A stretch of DNA of 64,000 bases from a virus. The position numbers and the translations under genes were made by a program. The DNA lies in IMG/VR virus record IMGVR_UViG_3300020147_000001, positions 2,724 through 66,723 of that record; one strand, written 5' to 3'. Below the pieces are notes generated by a model. The model searched no databases. It was not told the origin of the DNA and saw only the letters and a list, made by a program, of their open reading frames with translations. Within the stretch, counting starts at the first letter, position 1. Every line of letters starts with the position of its first letter. Positions 49,583 through 59,821 of this stretch are shown here, in pieces.

Positions 49583-49894
49583 CGGATGGGGTGGTCCTTT
49601 GGGTTAGTTGGAAGGCTCGAAGTCTTCCCCGTTCGAGCCGAGACGGGTGGTAGGCGGTGACTTCCGAAAACTACCGCTCGGGGCCGCAGCCGAAGTCTTG
49701 TTAGGGGGCGCCGCCCATGCGGCGCATGTCGGCACAGGCGGATTCAGAAAGCGCACGTTGCAAGCGCTTGATGAGCTTTTCGGTCTTGGACGGTGTCAGC
49801 TCGACAAACCGCCCGTTCGATTCGATGACAATGCGCGGTTGTGCATCGGGATTGCGCGGCAAAGTCCACGCGACTAGGGGTGTTTTGACCATGT

Positions 49895-50545
49895 TCAGTC
49901 GGCAGCTCTGCGGCGCCGGTCGATGTCAGCTTGCGCGGCATCAGACGTGACTTCAAGCGCGCGCTTGGTCACCTGCGCGGGCGTGCTCTTCAGCGCCAAA
50001 GTGTTGATCGCAAACACCGGGTCGCACGCACAGTCCATCACTTCCTGCAACGTAAACCCGTTCCGCGTCAGCAGTGCGCCCGTGTACATCCCTAGCGCCG
50101 TAGCCGTCGCGGTGTTGTCCTGGTACCGGACCGCAATCAAATCCGCGAGCTCGCGATCTTCAAGCTGCAAATGCACTTCATATCCCGGCTGCGACGTGAC
50201 AAACTTGCGTAACGTGGCAGCGTTGCCAGTGTGAACGTAGTCGACCAGAGCCCGCGTAGCGCTCTCTTCTCGAAGTTTTTTCCGGTCAGCGAGGAGACCT
50301 GTGACGCAGGTCACCAATGTCTCGGCGACAGCGCGCGCACGCTCGCGTAAGCTTTCCAGGGTGGGTTTGGGGAGCCGCGGAAGTGCCTCTCCGCTCTCTC
50401 CGGTTTCGACGTTCACGACCCTCACCGGCATGCCGATTTGCTTCGCCAAAAACGCAGCAATGCCCTCGGCGTCTTTGGCCATGTCGGCCTCGTAGTTGGG
50501 TGCGTCTTCGATCTTGAAGCCGTCGTCTTTTTTGTCGTCAGTCAT
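49895..50545 (-). CDS. hypothetical protein
   Basis: ATG at 50545 (MTDDKK) with an AAAGGA leader. Confidence 0.6.
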   Translation of the reverse strand: MTDDKKDDGFKIEDAPNYEADMAKDAEGIAAFLAKQIGMPVRVVNVETGESGEALPRLPKPTLESLRERARAVAETLVTCVTGLLADRKKLREESATRALVDYVHTGNAATLRKFVTSQPGYEVHLQLEDRELADLIAVRYQDNTATATALGMYTGALLTRNGFTLQEVMDCACDPVFAINTLALKSTPAQVTKRALEVTSDAAQADIDRRRRAAD

Positions 50546-51074
50546 GGTCTGTCTCGGTCCTTTGCGTGGGGTTTTGGGCCGTAACTTTGAAGTCGCGCAC
50601 GGCGGCGATGTCTGCGCGAAGCTGCTGCGCACTACGAGCCTCCCGATTCTTCTCCAGCACCGTCGCGCATCCATCTGCCCCGAAGAGCAACGCGTCCACC
50701 TTGTGCTCGCGCTCGCGGAAGCACTTCAGCTCGGCAACGTCGTCCTTTAGGTTCGACTCACCGCATTGCCAGTCGACACACGCCGCTTTCAGCTCAGCGT
50801 TCTCATCGCGCAGCTTCTCGGCGTGGGCGGTTTGCTTGCCGATGATGTCGCGGAGCGTCCCGATGGTCAGCGCGCGGTTGGCGAGCTCCGCCTGCAGGCG
50901 CTCGACCTCGGCCTGCGTGTTCACGAGCAGACCCCGGAGTTCCGCGGCTGCCGGCATGTTGTGCCCAGATTCCGCAGGCTTCAGCGCGCGCACTGCTTCG
51001 ACGAGGGCTCCCTGGTTGTCGAGCACACCCTTGAAAAACGCTCGAAGCTCGGTTTCGGTGATGATGTCGCTCAT
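50538..51074 (-). CDS. coiled-coil hypothetical protein
   Basis: 178-aa ORF. Confidence 0.6.
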   Translation of the reverse strand: MSDIITETELRAFFKGVLDNQGALVEAVRALKPAESGHNMPAAAELRGLLVNTQAEVERLQAELANRALTIGTLRDIIGKQTAHAEKLRDENAELKAACVDWQCGESNLKDDVAELKCFREREHKVDALLFGADGCATVLEKNREARSAQQLRADIAAVRDFKVTAQNPTQRTETDHD

Positions 51075-52435
51075 GGTTTTGGCAGCTCTTTGTCGTCGGT
51101 TTTCGCTTCAACTTCGCCGTCGTTTTCGTGGCAATCGCACGCGCAACAGTGCTCGATCACATGCGGCTGACGCGACGCCAACCACGTGTCCAAACCCTTG
51201 TCGTACAGGCACCAGAGAAACCAAAGCAGCACTAGCACCGCCAAGAAGTCCTTTGATGCAAAATCCCAGAACGTCATTCCAGCTCCTTCGCGGCGATTAG
51301 GGGGCTTCAATGCTCCAAGCGCTCCGGCTCGTCGCTCTCTTCTTCCGGCCCCCTCGCGGCCCCCTCGGTGCCCCCTCGGGCTACCCTCTGCATGCTCTTG
51401 TTGATGTCCTTCTGAAACTCCGCCGCGCCGCGCTGAAGGAGTAGGGCGGCCGGAATCACCAAGTCATCCGGCCCTACAATCCGGTACCCCTGCGCATCCC
51501 GAATCGAACCATCCGGGCCCACCACGGGCTTCTTGGCGCGTTTTCGCGTCAGCAGCAGGTACAAAATCACGATGCCCACACCCCAGCCCACGAATGATTC
51601 CATCCTTGACACCTACCCTTCCCTCGCAAAGGCTGGCGCCAGCGGAGCGCCGCGCCAGTCATGATTGGTTACGCGTAGTTAGCGATCGAAGCTCGAATCG
51701 GTTTCACCCGGCCTTGGCGTCCTCAGCCGCTAAAGCTCGCTGTCGCCACGCCTCGGCTTGGGAGCGCCACAGGTCACAGTCGTCTGAGATTCGTTTGTGG
51801 TTGGCTGCAACCTGCCTCAGCGCCTCGACTTCATCGGCCAGCACTCGCAGGGCCTCTCGCTCATCCGGTCGAGCGATACGGGCTCTGATGCTCCTGGCAA
51901 ACGCCAATGCCTCGTCGACGGTCATTGGTCACTCTCTCCCAACCTTGGTCGGGGGTCAGCAGGGCATTTCCCGCGCTCATCGTCGACGTACTGCTTGCAG
52001 GCTCTGCAGCGCTTGAGCAGCGGGCCGAGTAAGAATAGCGGTGGCGGATCGTCCATCGGGTGCGGCACGTCATGCTCGCCTGGCCAAACGCTGCTCATGT
52101 GCCCTCGGGCTTGGGATGCTCGCTCAACCAGCGCTGATAGTTTGCCCATGCCGAGGGGAACCCTGGCTCGCGCAACACGTGCGCCAGTGCCTGCTCCCGC
52201 CCCTCGAACCACGCCAGCCTGGCCTTGAGCTCCTCGGTCTCGTCGACGATCGAGCAGGCGAAGCCGCAGTTCGAGCACAGCCCCTTGCCGGCCTTGAGCA
52301 CGTCTCGCTCGGCACAGAGGTCGATGGATGCTTCGACGTGCTCATCGCGGTCCTTGCGCAGCTCCGCGTTCTCCGCGCGCAGGCGCTGCACCTCGGCTGC
52401 CCATTCCTGAATCGTCAGTCCCCGTAGCGTGCTCA

Positions 52436-52783
52436 TCACGCGTACCTGATGTTCGGGTTGCGGTTGAAGCGGTCGGGACGCTTGAAGCCGCGGGCTTCTT
52501 GCTCGCGCCACCACACCTCGTCGGGGACCTCGTCAGCGAAGTCCTTGCTGGTGGGCTCGAGCTGCTTGGGCGGCTCGATAAAGTACTCGTACATGGCACG
52601 TGCGCGGCCCGGGTTGGGCCGCTGCCGGCGCCGGATGAGGCGCTCCTCGCGGAGCTTGTACGTGAGGATGTAGACGCCCGTCACGCCGACGCCGGCGGCC
52701 TCGGCGATCTCCGGACAGGTGAGGGGAGTGGGGGACGAACGGATCACTTCCAGGACCCGATGCTTGACGGTCTGCTCATTCAT
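52436..52783 (-). CDS. winged-HTH DNA-binding protein
   Basis: PLTCPEIAEAAGV..YKLREERLIRR; AAAGGACACGC leader. Confidence 0.7.
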   Translation of the reverse strand: MNEQTVKHRVLEVIRSSPTPLTCPEIAEAAGVGVTGVYILTYKLREERLIRRRQRPNPGRARAMYEYFIEPPKQLEPTSKDFADEVPDEVWWREQEARGFKRPDRFNRNPNIRYA

Positions 52784-52830
52784 CTTCGCGTGTCCTTTCT
52801 CGTGGTTACAGGTCGAAACTCGAAACAGCT

Positions 52831-53472
52831 TCAATCGAAAAAGCCGCCGCTCCCGCCGCTTCCGCCACCTGAGTCACTGCTGAAGTCACTGCTGGAGTCG
52901 CTGCCGCCCGAGCCCCAGTCACCGCTGGCACCGGCGCCGCCGAACTTGCCACCGCTGCCTGAAAAGTCAGTGCTGGTGGGAGCCGCTGGCGCGGCTGAAG
53001 GGCCGATGTGGAACACGTTCTGCGGCGACGAGCCGTCGCTGAACACGGCGTGCTTGCGGTTGTCGAGCTCCGGAATGTCCAGCGGGATGTGGGTGGTGGT
53101 GCCGGTCGGGTCGTCGATGCCGGGCATGTAGATGAGTGTGCGGCCCACGTCGTCCGACTTCACGAACGTGGCTTTGGATGGGTACGGCACGTCGATGACG
53201 TGCACGCGCCGGCGCTGTTCAGCGTCGACGAGCGTACGCAGGAGATCCGAATACTCGGCGCGCAGCGCGGTCAACTGGCTCTTCAGAAAGAAGCATCGCC
53301 CGAACTGCAGCCAGTGCGTCTCGATCATCGTCTCCCAGACGCGCATGCCGCGGCTGTAGCGATCCCTGAGCACCGAGCTCTCGTTGCGAAGCATCACCTC
53401 GTACTCCGGGCCGACACCGATCTGCTGGCCCCAGAACAGGGGGCACAGGCGTTGCTTGGTACGTTGAAACAT
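52831..53472 (-). CDS. hypothetical protein with a Gly/Ser tail
   Basis: C-terminal FSGSGGKFGGAGASGDW. Confidence 0.55.
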   Translation of the reverse strand: MFQRTKQRLCPLFWGQQIGVGPEYEVMLRNESSVLRDRYSRGMRVWETMIETHWLQFGRCFFLKSQLTALRAEYSDLLRTLVDAEQRRRVHVIDVPYPSKATFVKSDDVGRTLIYMPGIDDPTGTTTHIPLDIPELDNRKHAVFSDGSSPQNVFHIGPSAAPAAPTSTDFSGSGGKFGGAGASGDWGSGGSDSSSDFSSDSGGGSGGSGGFFD

Positions 53473-55031
53473 GGAAGTCCTTGCGTGGATGTAGGGGTAG
53501 AAACTCGAAACTACATCAAGCAGCTTTTCAGCGCGGCCACGGTCACAGCGATGACCGTGGCCCAAAAGAAAAGGACGACGCCAAGCGCGTCCCAGCCCTT
53601 GAAAGGCCCGCGTTCGATACGATCGTCGTCGTCGTTCACGCGCTCTCCAGTGGAGGAATAGGTTTGAGATGCCATGCCCTGCAGATGTCGCAGCGCTTGC
53701 ACTCGAAGTTGTTTTCGCCAAGCTCAGCAGCGAGCTTTTGGCGGTTCTCGGAGAAGAGCGCGTCATACGCGGTCGCGTAGCGAAGCTCTTGGCACGGGGT
53801 TTGTTGGTCGCGAGTTGACATAACAAAGATTATCGGCTGAACGGTGGCGGGTTGTCGTGCTCGAATCGGTACACGTCGTTCCGAGCGTGGATGGCCTCGT
53901 CGGTCGTGCTGGCTGACAGCATCGCGTCCAAGTGCGGCCACACCTCCATCAGCCACAGCGCGATGTCGAGTGCTACGGCCTGCTCTGTCGTCCAGGTGTC
54001 GTTTGCACGCCGCAACGTACCAACCACCCTCTTCGCTTCGTCGAGCGTCATCGGCCCATCACCATGAAGGCTCCGAACACCAACGCGATGAGGCAGGTCC
54101 ACATAAGCAGCCTGTCGTCCGACGCATTCTGTGCGCGGCGCGCGTCCATCTCCGCGTTCCAGCGCTCGGCGGTCCACCCCTCAGCCTTGAGAGCTGCCCA
54201 CTGCTCGGTCGTCGGCACATCACCACGCTTCATGTTGTCTTCGATGCTCATGTTCCCTCCGGTTTCGGGTTCTCGGCTAGCCAGTCAGCCAAGCGAAGCG
54301 CTGGGCCGTGGTCGGCGTAGCAGCCAATCGTCAACACCTCGCGCGCGCCCTCCTCGAACTTCGCGTACCACTCCAGCTTGGCCTCTCGCTGGGTCGCGCC
54401 TTCTTGGAGCTGCCGCATGACGTCAACGCAGGCGTCGTTGCTCTCGCGCAGCTCGGCGTTCTGCGCCGTGAGCTCGACGACCGCAGCCGCGCTCTTCTGC
54501 AGCTCTTCGCCAAGCAATGCATTTGCCGTGCGCAGGTCAGCCAGCTCCTTCTTCATCCTGAGCATGTGCGGCAGCCCCATCAACCGTTGGTTCTCCGCGC
54601 GCAGGCGATGCACCTCGGCATCGGCTTTGGCGAGCAAGGTCTTTATATACTCCACTGAGCGCTCGAGGCTCATCGGCGACCCCTTGCCTGCTCCGCCTTC
54701 TCGGTCGCGCGCAGCTCTTCCCACTCGCGCCTGAGCTCGTAGTTCTGCGCGTGCTTTTGCACTTCCTCTTCGGAAAGCGAAACGCCGAACTTGGTCTTGA
54801 GCCACAGCGTGAACCGATTAGCCATTCAGTCCTCCTCTTCGTGTTTGGAGAAGTCAACGCCTTCTGCTTTTGCAAACGCGCAAATCATCAGCGTGAGCGC
54901 CACGATCCCTTCAAGCAGGCCGACCGCCACCCAGTCGCGCACGCCGGCGATGCCCATCATGTTGCAAATGAGACCGCAGCACACAACGCCTTGGAGCCAG
55001 AGCGCGCCCTGCACCGCTGCCCGCCACAGGT

Positions 55032-55406
55032 TCATGAACGCACACTTTCTTTCAGTTCGCCCAACGCGAGCAGCTCAGCCACTTTGTCGAGGTCGTTGTG
55101 CGGGCCCAGCACGAGCTGGCCCTTGTAGGTGAAGTGCTCGCGGCACTCGTGTTCTTCGAAAGCCAAAAACGCTTTGAACGCACACTGCACGAGCTCACTC
55201 GCGGTCATGTGCGGAGAAAGCAGATGTTTGCCGCCCTTCATGATGCGCGATCCGCGCAGCGGAGGCGGAAACGGAATCGTCGCGATCACCTGCAAGTACC
55301 AGTGCGTTGTGCCCGGCGCATCGCTCACGGGAGCGCAGATGAGCTCGTAGCCGTGCTTGTACTTGATGTTCGCGAGCACGCTCGCGATCTCACCGACGCT
55401 CATCAT
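55032..55406 (-). CDS. conserved-looking phage protein of unknown function
   Basis: LSPHMTASELVQCAFKA...EEHECREHFTYKG...GPH. Confidence 0.7.
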   Translation of the reverse strand: MMSVGEIASVLANIKYKHGYELICAPVSDAPGTTHWYLQVIATIPFPPPLRGSRIMKGGKHLLSPHMTASELVQCAFKAFLAFEEHECREHFTYKGQLVLGPHNDLDKVAELLALGELKESVRS

Positions 55407-56970
55407 GGGATCACCAAAAACCGACGCATGTTGGAGCCCTTCTGCGCGGCCTCCTCGTCAAGGTACACTGACCCACTCACCCACTTGGCCCCAGGGACCA
55501 CGGGGTGATCGGGGTCGACGAGCACCCACTCGACCGAGTGCATCGGAGATGACCTTGCAAGCACGACAGGCTGGCACACATACCCAGAATCACGGGTCTT
55601 CGTCAGGAACGTGTGCCAGCGCTTGGCCTCGAGCCTGTCGCAAAACACAGCAACCTGCTCCACATAACCCTTCTTCTGAAGAGCGTCTGGCTTGTAGAAC
55701 GCGTAGTACCGCGGCTCTTCCTTGCCCCCAAGCTCGCACACCTCGCACTTGGGGATCTGAAAGAGCACGGTCATGAGCCGCTTGCACTTCGGGCAAGAAG
55801 TCATCGCAAACGCCCTTCCCGCTGCATGACAGCATAACGCGCGCGCAGCGGCGCAGGCTGGAGATCCGCCAGCGCAAGACCAAACTGCTTGGCCATGGCC
55901 ACGACAACATCCATGGACCCCTGCATCCGAAACAGTGAATCGAGGAGTGTCGTAGCAAGGTCTTTGCCACGGCCATCTCTGATGAGCGCCTGGCTGGCCT
56001 CGACGCTCACGTGATGCGCAACAGCAAACGCGTCCAAGACGCGCTCGCGAAACGCGTCTTCCAGCGCGCGCTTGGTTTCGGTCACAACATCGAAATCTTT
56101 TTGGTCAAGCATCGGTCCGTCTCCTTCTGTCGCTGTAGCCATCGACGCAGCAAGGTCGCCGCTTCGACTCGGATGGGCTTGCCGCCGATGGCGCGCATGT
56201 AGGTTGCGTATCCGATGCCCGAATGCAGCCAGGGCTTCGAATAGTAGAGCTCGGACGGCATCGCCTCGATCTCATCAGGGGTCAGCACCTCCCAGGCCTT
56301 GGCCGGCTTCACAAAACGCCTCCGAGCCGCCCGAGCATCGCGAAAAAGCCGACAATGCCTGCGACGAACGCAAACCAGGCTTTGCCCGCCTGCGATGTGT
56401 CAGAAAACTTCGACACGTCGTGCACGCCCCATCCGATAACGACAAGCGAAAGCAAAAGCACTCCCATCTCTAGGTTCATGTGTCCTCGTCTTCCTCGTCT
56501 TCCTCGTCAAACAATCGACACACCCTACGCAGCTCGTGCACGAACATCCACTCGGCACCCGCAAACATCGCGGCATACACGAACCCACCAACTTCATTGG
56601 CGATGAGTGGCCCGGCCATCCCTACCGCAATCCAAAACGCTGTTTTCACGGGCGCGACCCTTTCTCTAAACAACCGTGGTGCACGAAGCCGTCATCCCGG
56701 ACCGCGCCTCGTGCACCACGCCCTACAACCCTACTCTTCGGCCTTGGGGGGTTTGACCGGCATAGGGTCGAGCTGAATATCCTGCGCCTCCGACATGCGT
56801 TTGATCTGCTCCAGCGCCTTGTGCATACGCTGCGTCGCAAGCGAAATCAAAAGCGCGTAGTCCTCTGCGCTCGCGTTCACAAGGCAGCCTGCGCCCTCAA
56901 AGAGCTGTCGTATCTTCTTGTCTCGAAAGTCAGCCACGTTCGCCCCTCTTTCCCGTTGCTCGTGTTCTAG

Positions 56971-57339
56971 CTAACGATGCATCCACGCACGCGCCGCGTC
57001 GTGACGCTCGTCCCAGGCGCGTTGTTCCTGCAAGTCCTCTTTGCTGCGCGCGCCCTGCAAAGGCTCTCGGTGGTAGGAGTTGCGCCATTGCGCCGCGCGG
57101 TCGTACGAGCCTTGTCGCTCACGCAGGTGGTCGTACTCCATGTCGTCGCCGCCACGACGGTAGAACGACTCGTCGTAAGGGCCTCTGCTGCCACCCCTGC
57201 CAAAGCCGCTCGCCCAATCGCGAGCGCCAGCAAACCCAGCGCCGCCTCCAAAAGCAGAGTAAGCCACAAACGCCAACGCGATGATCACCACAACGGCAAT
57301 CATGCGAAGCACTCCGCCGAGCTTCGACTTCTCTTCCAT
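56971..57339 (-). CDS. membrane-anchored hypothetical protein
   Basis: N-terminal TM helix; AAAGGACACGCTC leader. Confidence 0.65.
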   Translation of the reverse strand: MEEKSKLGGVLRMIAVVVIIALAFVAYSAFGGGAGFAGARDWASGFGRGGSRGPYDESFYRRGGDDMEYDHLRERQGSYDRAAQWRNSYHREPLQGARSKEDLQEQRAWDERHDAARAWMHR

Positions 57340-57551
57340 GAGCGTGTCCTTTCGACAGAACCGCGGATCAGAAAGAAGCCGACCGACTCACTCGATGACG
57401 GTACAGCTCGCCCCCATTGGACGGGTTGCCCGACCCGATCGGCTTCTGTCTGACTCGCGGTCTAACGCCCCGCCCCGTGGTTTAGCGTGTCGGGGGCAAA
57501 GCTAGTTCAGGCTTTCTATCACAGGCCGATCGGCTGTCCAGTCGAGAAAGC

Positions 57552-57648
57552 AAAAATGTGTTCGTGTCTCCAGGTCTAGCTGTTTGAGCATCTTGCTCCG
57601 GAAGGACACGCTAAGTCTAACGACCGGGATGCCCGAGACACGAACACG
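57552..57648 (-). ncRNA. predicted ~97-nt small RNA antisense to the repeated leader motifs
   Basis: 14-bp terminal stem (57557-57570/57635-57648) followed by U5; promoter placed immediately upstream. Confidence 0.55.
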
Positions 57649-57654
57649 TCGGGA

Positions 57655-57683
57655 AACCTACCACCTACGTTGTGATCTCGCCA
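57655..57683 (-). promoter_or_regulatory. putative extended -10 promoter for the sRNA
   Basis: TGGCGA-N17-TAGGTT with TGn; predicted start about 57648-57649. Confidence 0.45.
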
Positions 57684-57704
57684 CGATTTCGTGCGCATAG
57701 CAGT

Positions 57705-57733
57705 TTGCAAAAGCGGTTACGTCAGTGCATGGT
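57705..57733 (+). promoter_or_regulatory. putative promoter for the ro60 operon
   Basis: TTGCAA-N17-CATGGT. Confidence 0.35.
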
Positions 57734-57775
57734 GGCCGACGTGACGCATTTGCAATTCGGCAGGTGGTCACGTGT

Positions 57776-57856
57776 GCTCCGCGGCAGCGCCTCATGAGTG
57801 CATCACACGATCACACGTTTTAGGTCCTACTTGAACGTGTAACGCTGCCGCGGGGC
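57776..57856 (+). ncRNA. structured 5' leader (or additional small RNA) upstream of ro60
   Basis: gctccgcggcagcg/cgctgccgcggggc 14-bp stem enclosing an acacgtt/aacgtgt hairpin. Confidence 0.45.
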
Positions 57857-57878
57857 GCTGCTTCTTCACTGTACCGCC

Positions 57879-59576
57879 ATGGACAAGACCCTGTTCAACA
57901 CGCGCACGGGCCACGCGCCCGTTGCCGACACCAAGAACCTCGCCGGCGGCAAAGCTTACTCGCGCGACCCACGCGAAGCGCTCGCGCAGCTCGCGGTCAC
58001 AGGCTGCTTCGGCGACACGTACTACGCCTCCGCGCACGAACAGCTCGACGAGATCAAGGCCGTGCTCGCGCTGTGCTCTCCTGACTTCGTCGCCAAGTGC
58101 GCGATCTACGCGCGCGAGCGCGCCAACATGAAGGACATGCCCGCGTTCTTGCTGGCGCACCTTACGGCGCGCTGCGGCGCAGAAGCTGTCGCACAAGCCA
58201 TAGCGTTCCCGGCACTACGCGCCTTCCACGCAGCGTTTCCGCGCGTCATCGACAACGGCACCATGCTGCGGAAGTTCGTGCAGGTGGTGCGCTCGGGCGC
58301 GGTCGGTCGCAAGAGCTTCGGCACAAGCGTCCGCAATCGGATCCGCACATGGTTGCTCGCCCAGTCAGACTGGCGGCTCTTCAAAGACTCGGTCGGTGAC
58401 CAGCCGTCGCTCGCGGACGTGATCAAGATGGTGCGCCCGAACCCTGTACGCGGCTCCTCGCGCTGGGCGCTGCACGAGTACATCCTTGGCAAGAAGCTCA
58501 CCGAGGAGCACAACCTCGTGCTTCCACGCAGCGTGCTGGAGTACGAATGCTTCAAGCAGTTACAGCTGCAGGGCAAGGCCGAAGTCTTGGCTGTTCCCGA
58601 TGTCGACTTCCGCATGCTCGACAGCCTGAAGCTGAGCGACGCGCAGTGGAAGGAGGTCTTTCGCCGCGCGCCGTGGTCCATGACACGACAGAACCTCCTC
58701 ACCGCAGAACGACACGGCGTGCTCAAAGACCCGGAGATGGTCAACATCATCGCCGAGCGGCTGCGTAGCCCGACACTCGTGCGTAAGTCGCGTGACTTTC
58801 CCTACACGCTCCTGAGCGCATTCATCGCTGCGCGCGACGCGGGCTTGCCGAATGCGATCACCAACGCCCTGCAAGACGCGATGGAGATCGCGACCGAGAA
58901 GGTGCCAACGTTCGGCGCCGGCACAGTGATCTGCGTCGACGTGTCCAGCTCCATGCAGATGACGCCCGTGACCGGCGGACGCGGCAAACCAACCAAGGTG
59001 AGCTGCGTCGAGGCGGCGGCGCTCATCGCGGCTACGCTCGTCCGCAAGAACCCAGACGCGCTGCTCCTGCCATTCAGCGACCGACTGAACCTGGAGTACA
59101 AGGTCAACTCGCGCGACTCGGTCATGACGATCGCGCAGCAAATCTGCGCCCTGCCCTCAGGCGGGACGGACTGCTCGCTGCCGCTGTGGCACCTCAACGG
59201 ACGCAACGCGCGCCACTGGGCAGCTGTAGGGATCCGTCAGATTGTGATGATCAGCGACAATGAGTCCTGGTCGCAGCCGGCGAAATTCGCGAGCTACGGC
59301 ACCCATGAATTCTACCGCCGACAAGGAACGCCCTTGGCGGAAGCGTGGGCAGAAACCAAAAAACGCAACCGCGACGCCAAGCTCATCTGCATCGACCTGC
59401 AGCCCGCGATCACGACGCAGGTCAAAACGGCAAGCGATCAGCTCAACGTCGGTGGCTTCACCGACGACGTTTGGCGCGTCGTACAAAGCTTTATCGAGAG
59501 AGGGTCGACTTCGTGGGTCGATGAGATCGAACGTATCGATCTGCACGCGCTTGACGCGCCCGCGCACGAAGCCTAA
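57879..59576 (+). CDS. rsr: Ro60/Rsr RNA-binding protein (TROVE + vWA)
   Basis: NLAGGKAY, LAQLAVTGCFGDTYYAS, YARERANMKDMP; vWA MIDAS DVSSSM, GGTDCSLP, ISDNESW, LICIDL, VGGFTD. Confidence 0.95.
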   Translation: MDKTLFNTRTGHAPVADTKNLAGGKAYSRDPREALAQLAVTGCFGDTYYASAHEQLDEIKAVLALCSPDFVAKCAIYARERANMKDMPAFLLAHLTARCGAEAVAQAIAFPALRAFHAAFPRVIDNGTMLRKFVQVVRSGAVGRKSFGTSVRNRIRTWLLAQSDWRLFKDSVGDQPSLADVIKMVRPNPVRGSSRWALHEYILGKKLTEEHNLVLPRSVLEYECFKQLQLQGKAEVLAVPDVDFRMLDSLKLSDAQWKEVFRRAPWSMTRQNLLTAERHGVLKDPEMVNIIAERLRSPTLVRKSRDFPYTLLSAFIAARDAGLPNAITNALQDAMEIATEKVPTFGAGTVICVDVSSSMQMTPVTGGRGKPTKVSCVEAAALIAATLVRKNPDALLLPFSDRLNLEYKVNSRDSVMTIAQQICALPSGGTDCSLPLWHLNGRNARHWAAVGIRQIVMISDNESWSQPAKFASYGTHEFYRRQGTPLAEAWAETKKRNRDAKLICIDLQPAITTQVKTASDQLNVGGFTDDVWRVVQSFIERGSTSWVDEIERIDLHALDAPAHEA

Positions 59577-59584
59577 AAAAGAAC

Positions 59585-59657
59585 CGTGTCTGAATGCAGT
59601 GCGGGATTACATCGGATTTGAACCCAAAAGGATCTCGCGCGCTCCCGGTCGGGCACG
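59585..59657 (+). ncRNA. Y RNA-like unit 1 (minimal, no tRNA body)
   Basis: Terminal stem cgtgtctga/tcgggcacg; shared GAATGCAG, TTACATC and CCGGT motifs. Confidence 0.7.
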
Positions 59658-59665
59658 CAATTTTT

Positions 59666-59811
59666 GAGCTCGAATGCAGAAGGCATTACATCTTCGCCAA
59701 AGATCGGTCTTCGCAAGAAGAACGCGGGTTCGAATCCCGCCGTGCTCCGTAGGGGCGCGTGGGCGAGCGGCCAAAGCCACGAAAACGATGTCTTCGACTC
59801 CGGTTGAGCTC
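59666..59811 (+). ncRNA. Y RNA-like (YrlA-type) unit 2, with a permuted class II tRNA body
   Basis: gagctcga/ttgagctc stem; long variable arm, GGTTCGAATCC T arm, looped acceptor stem, GAGCGGCCAAAG D arm. Confidence 0.8.
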
Positions 59812-59821
59812 GCTACTTTCA

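Noticed and set aside
57870-57882. Kozak-like ccgccATGG at the ro60 start
   Set aside because: Expected by chance in GC-rich DNA; the context is prokaryotic viral.
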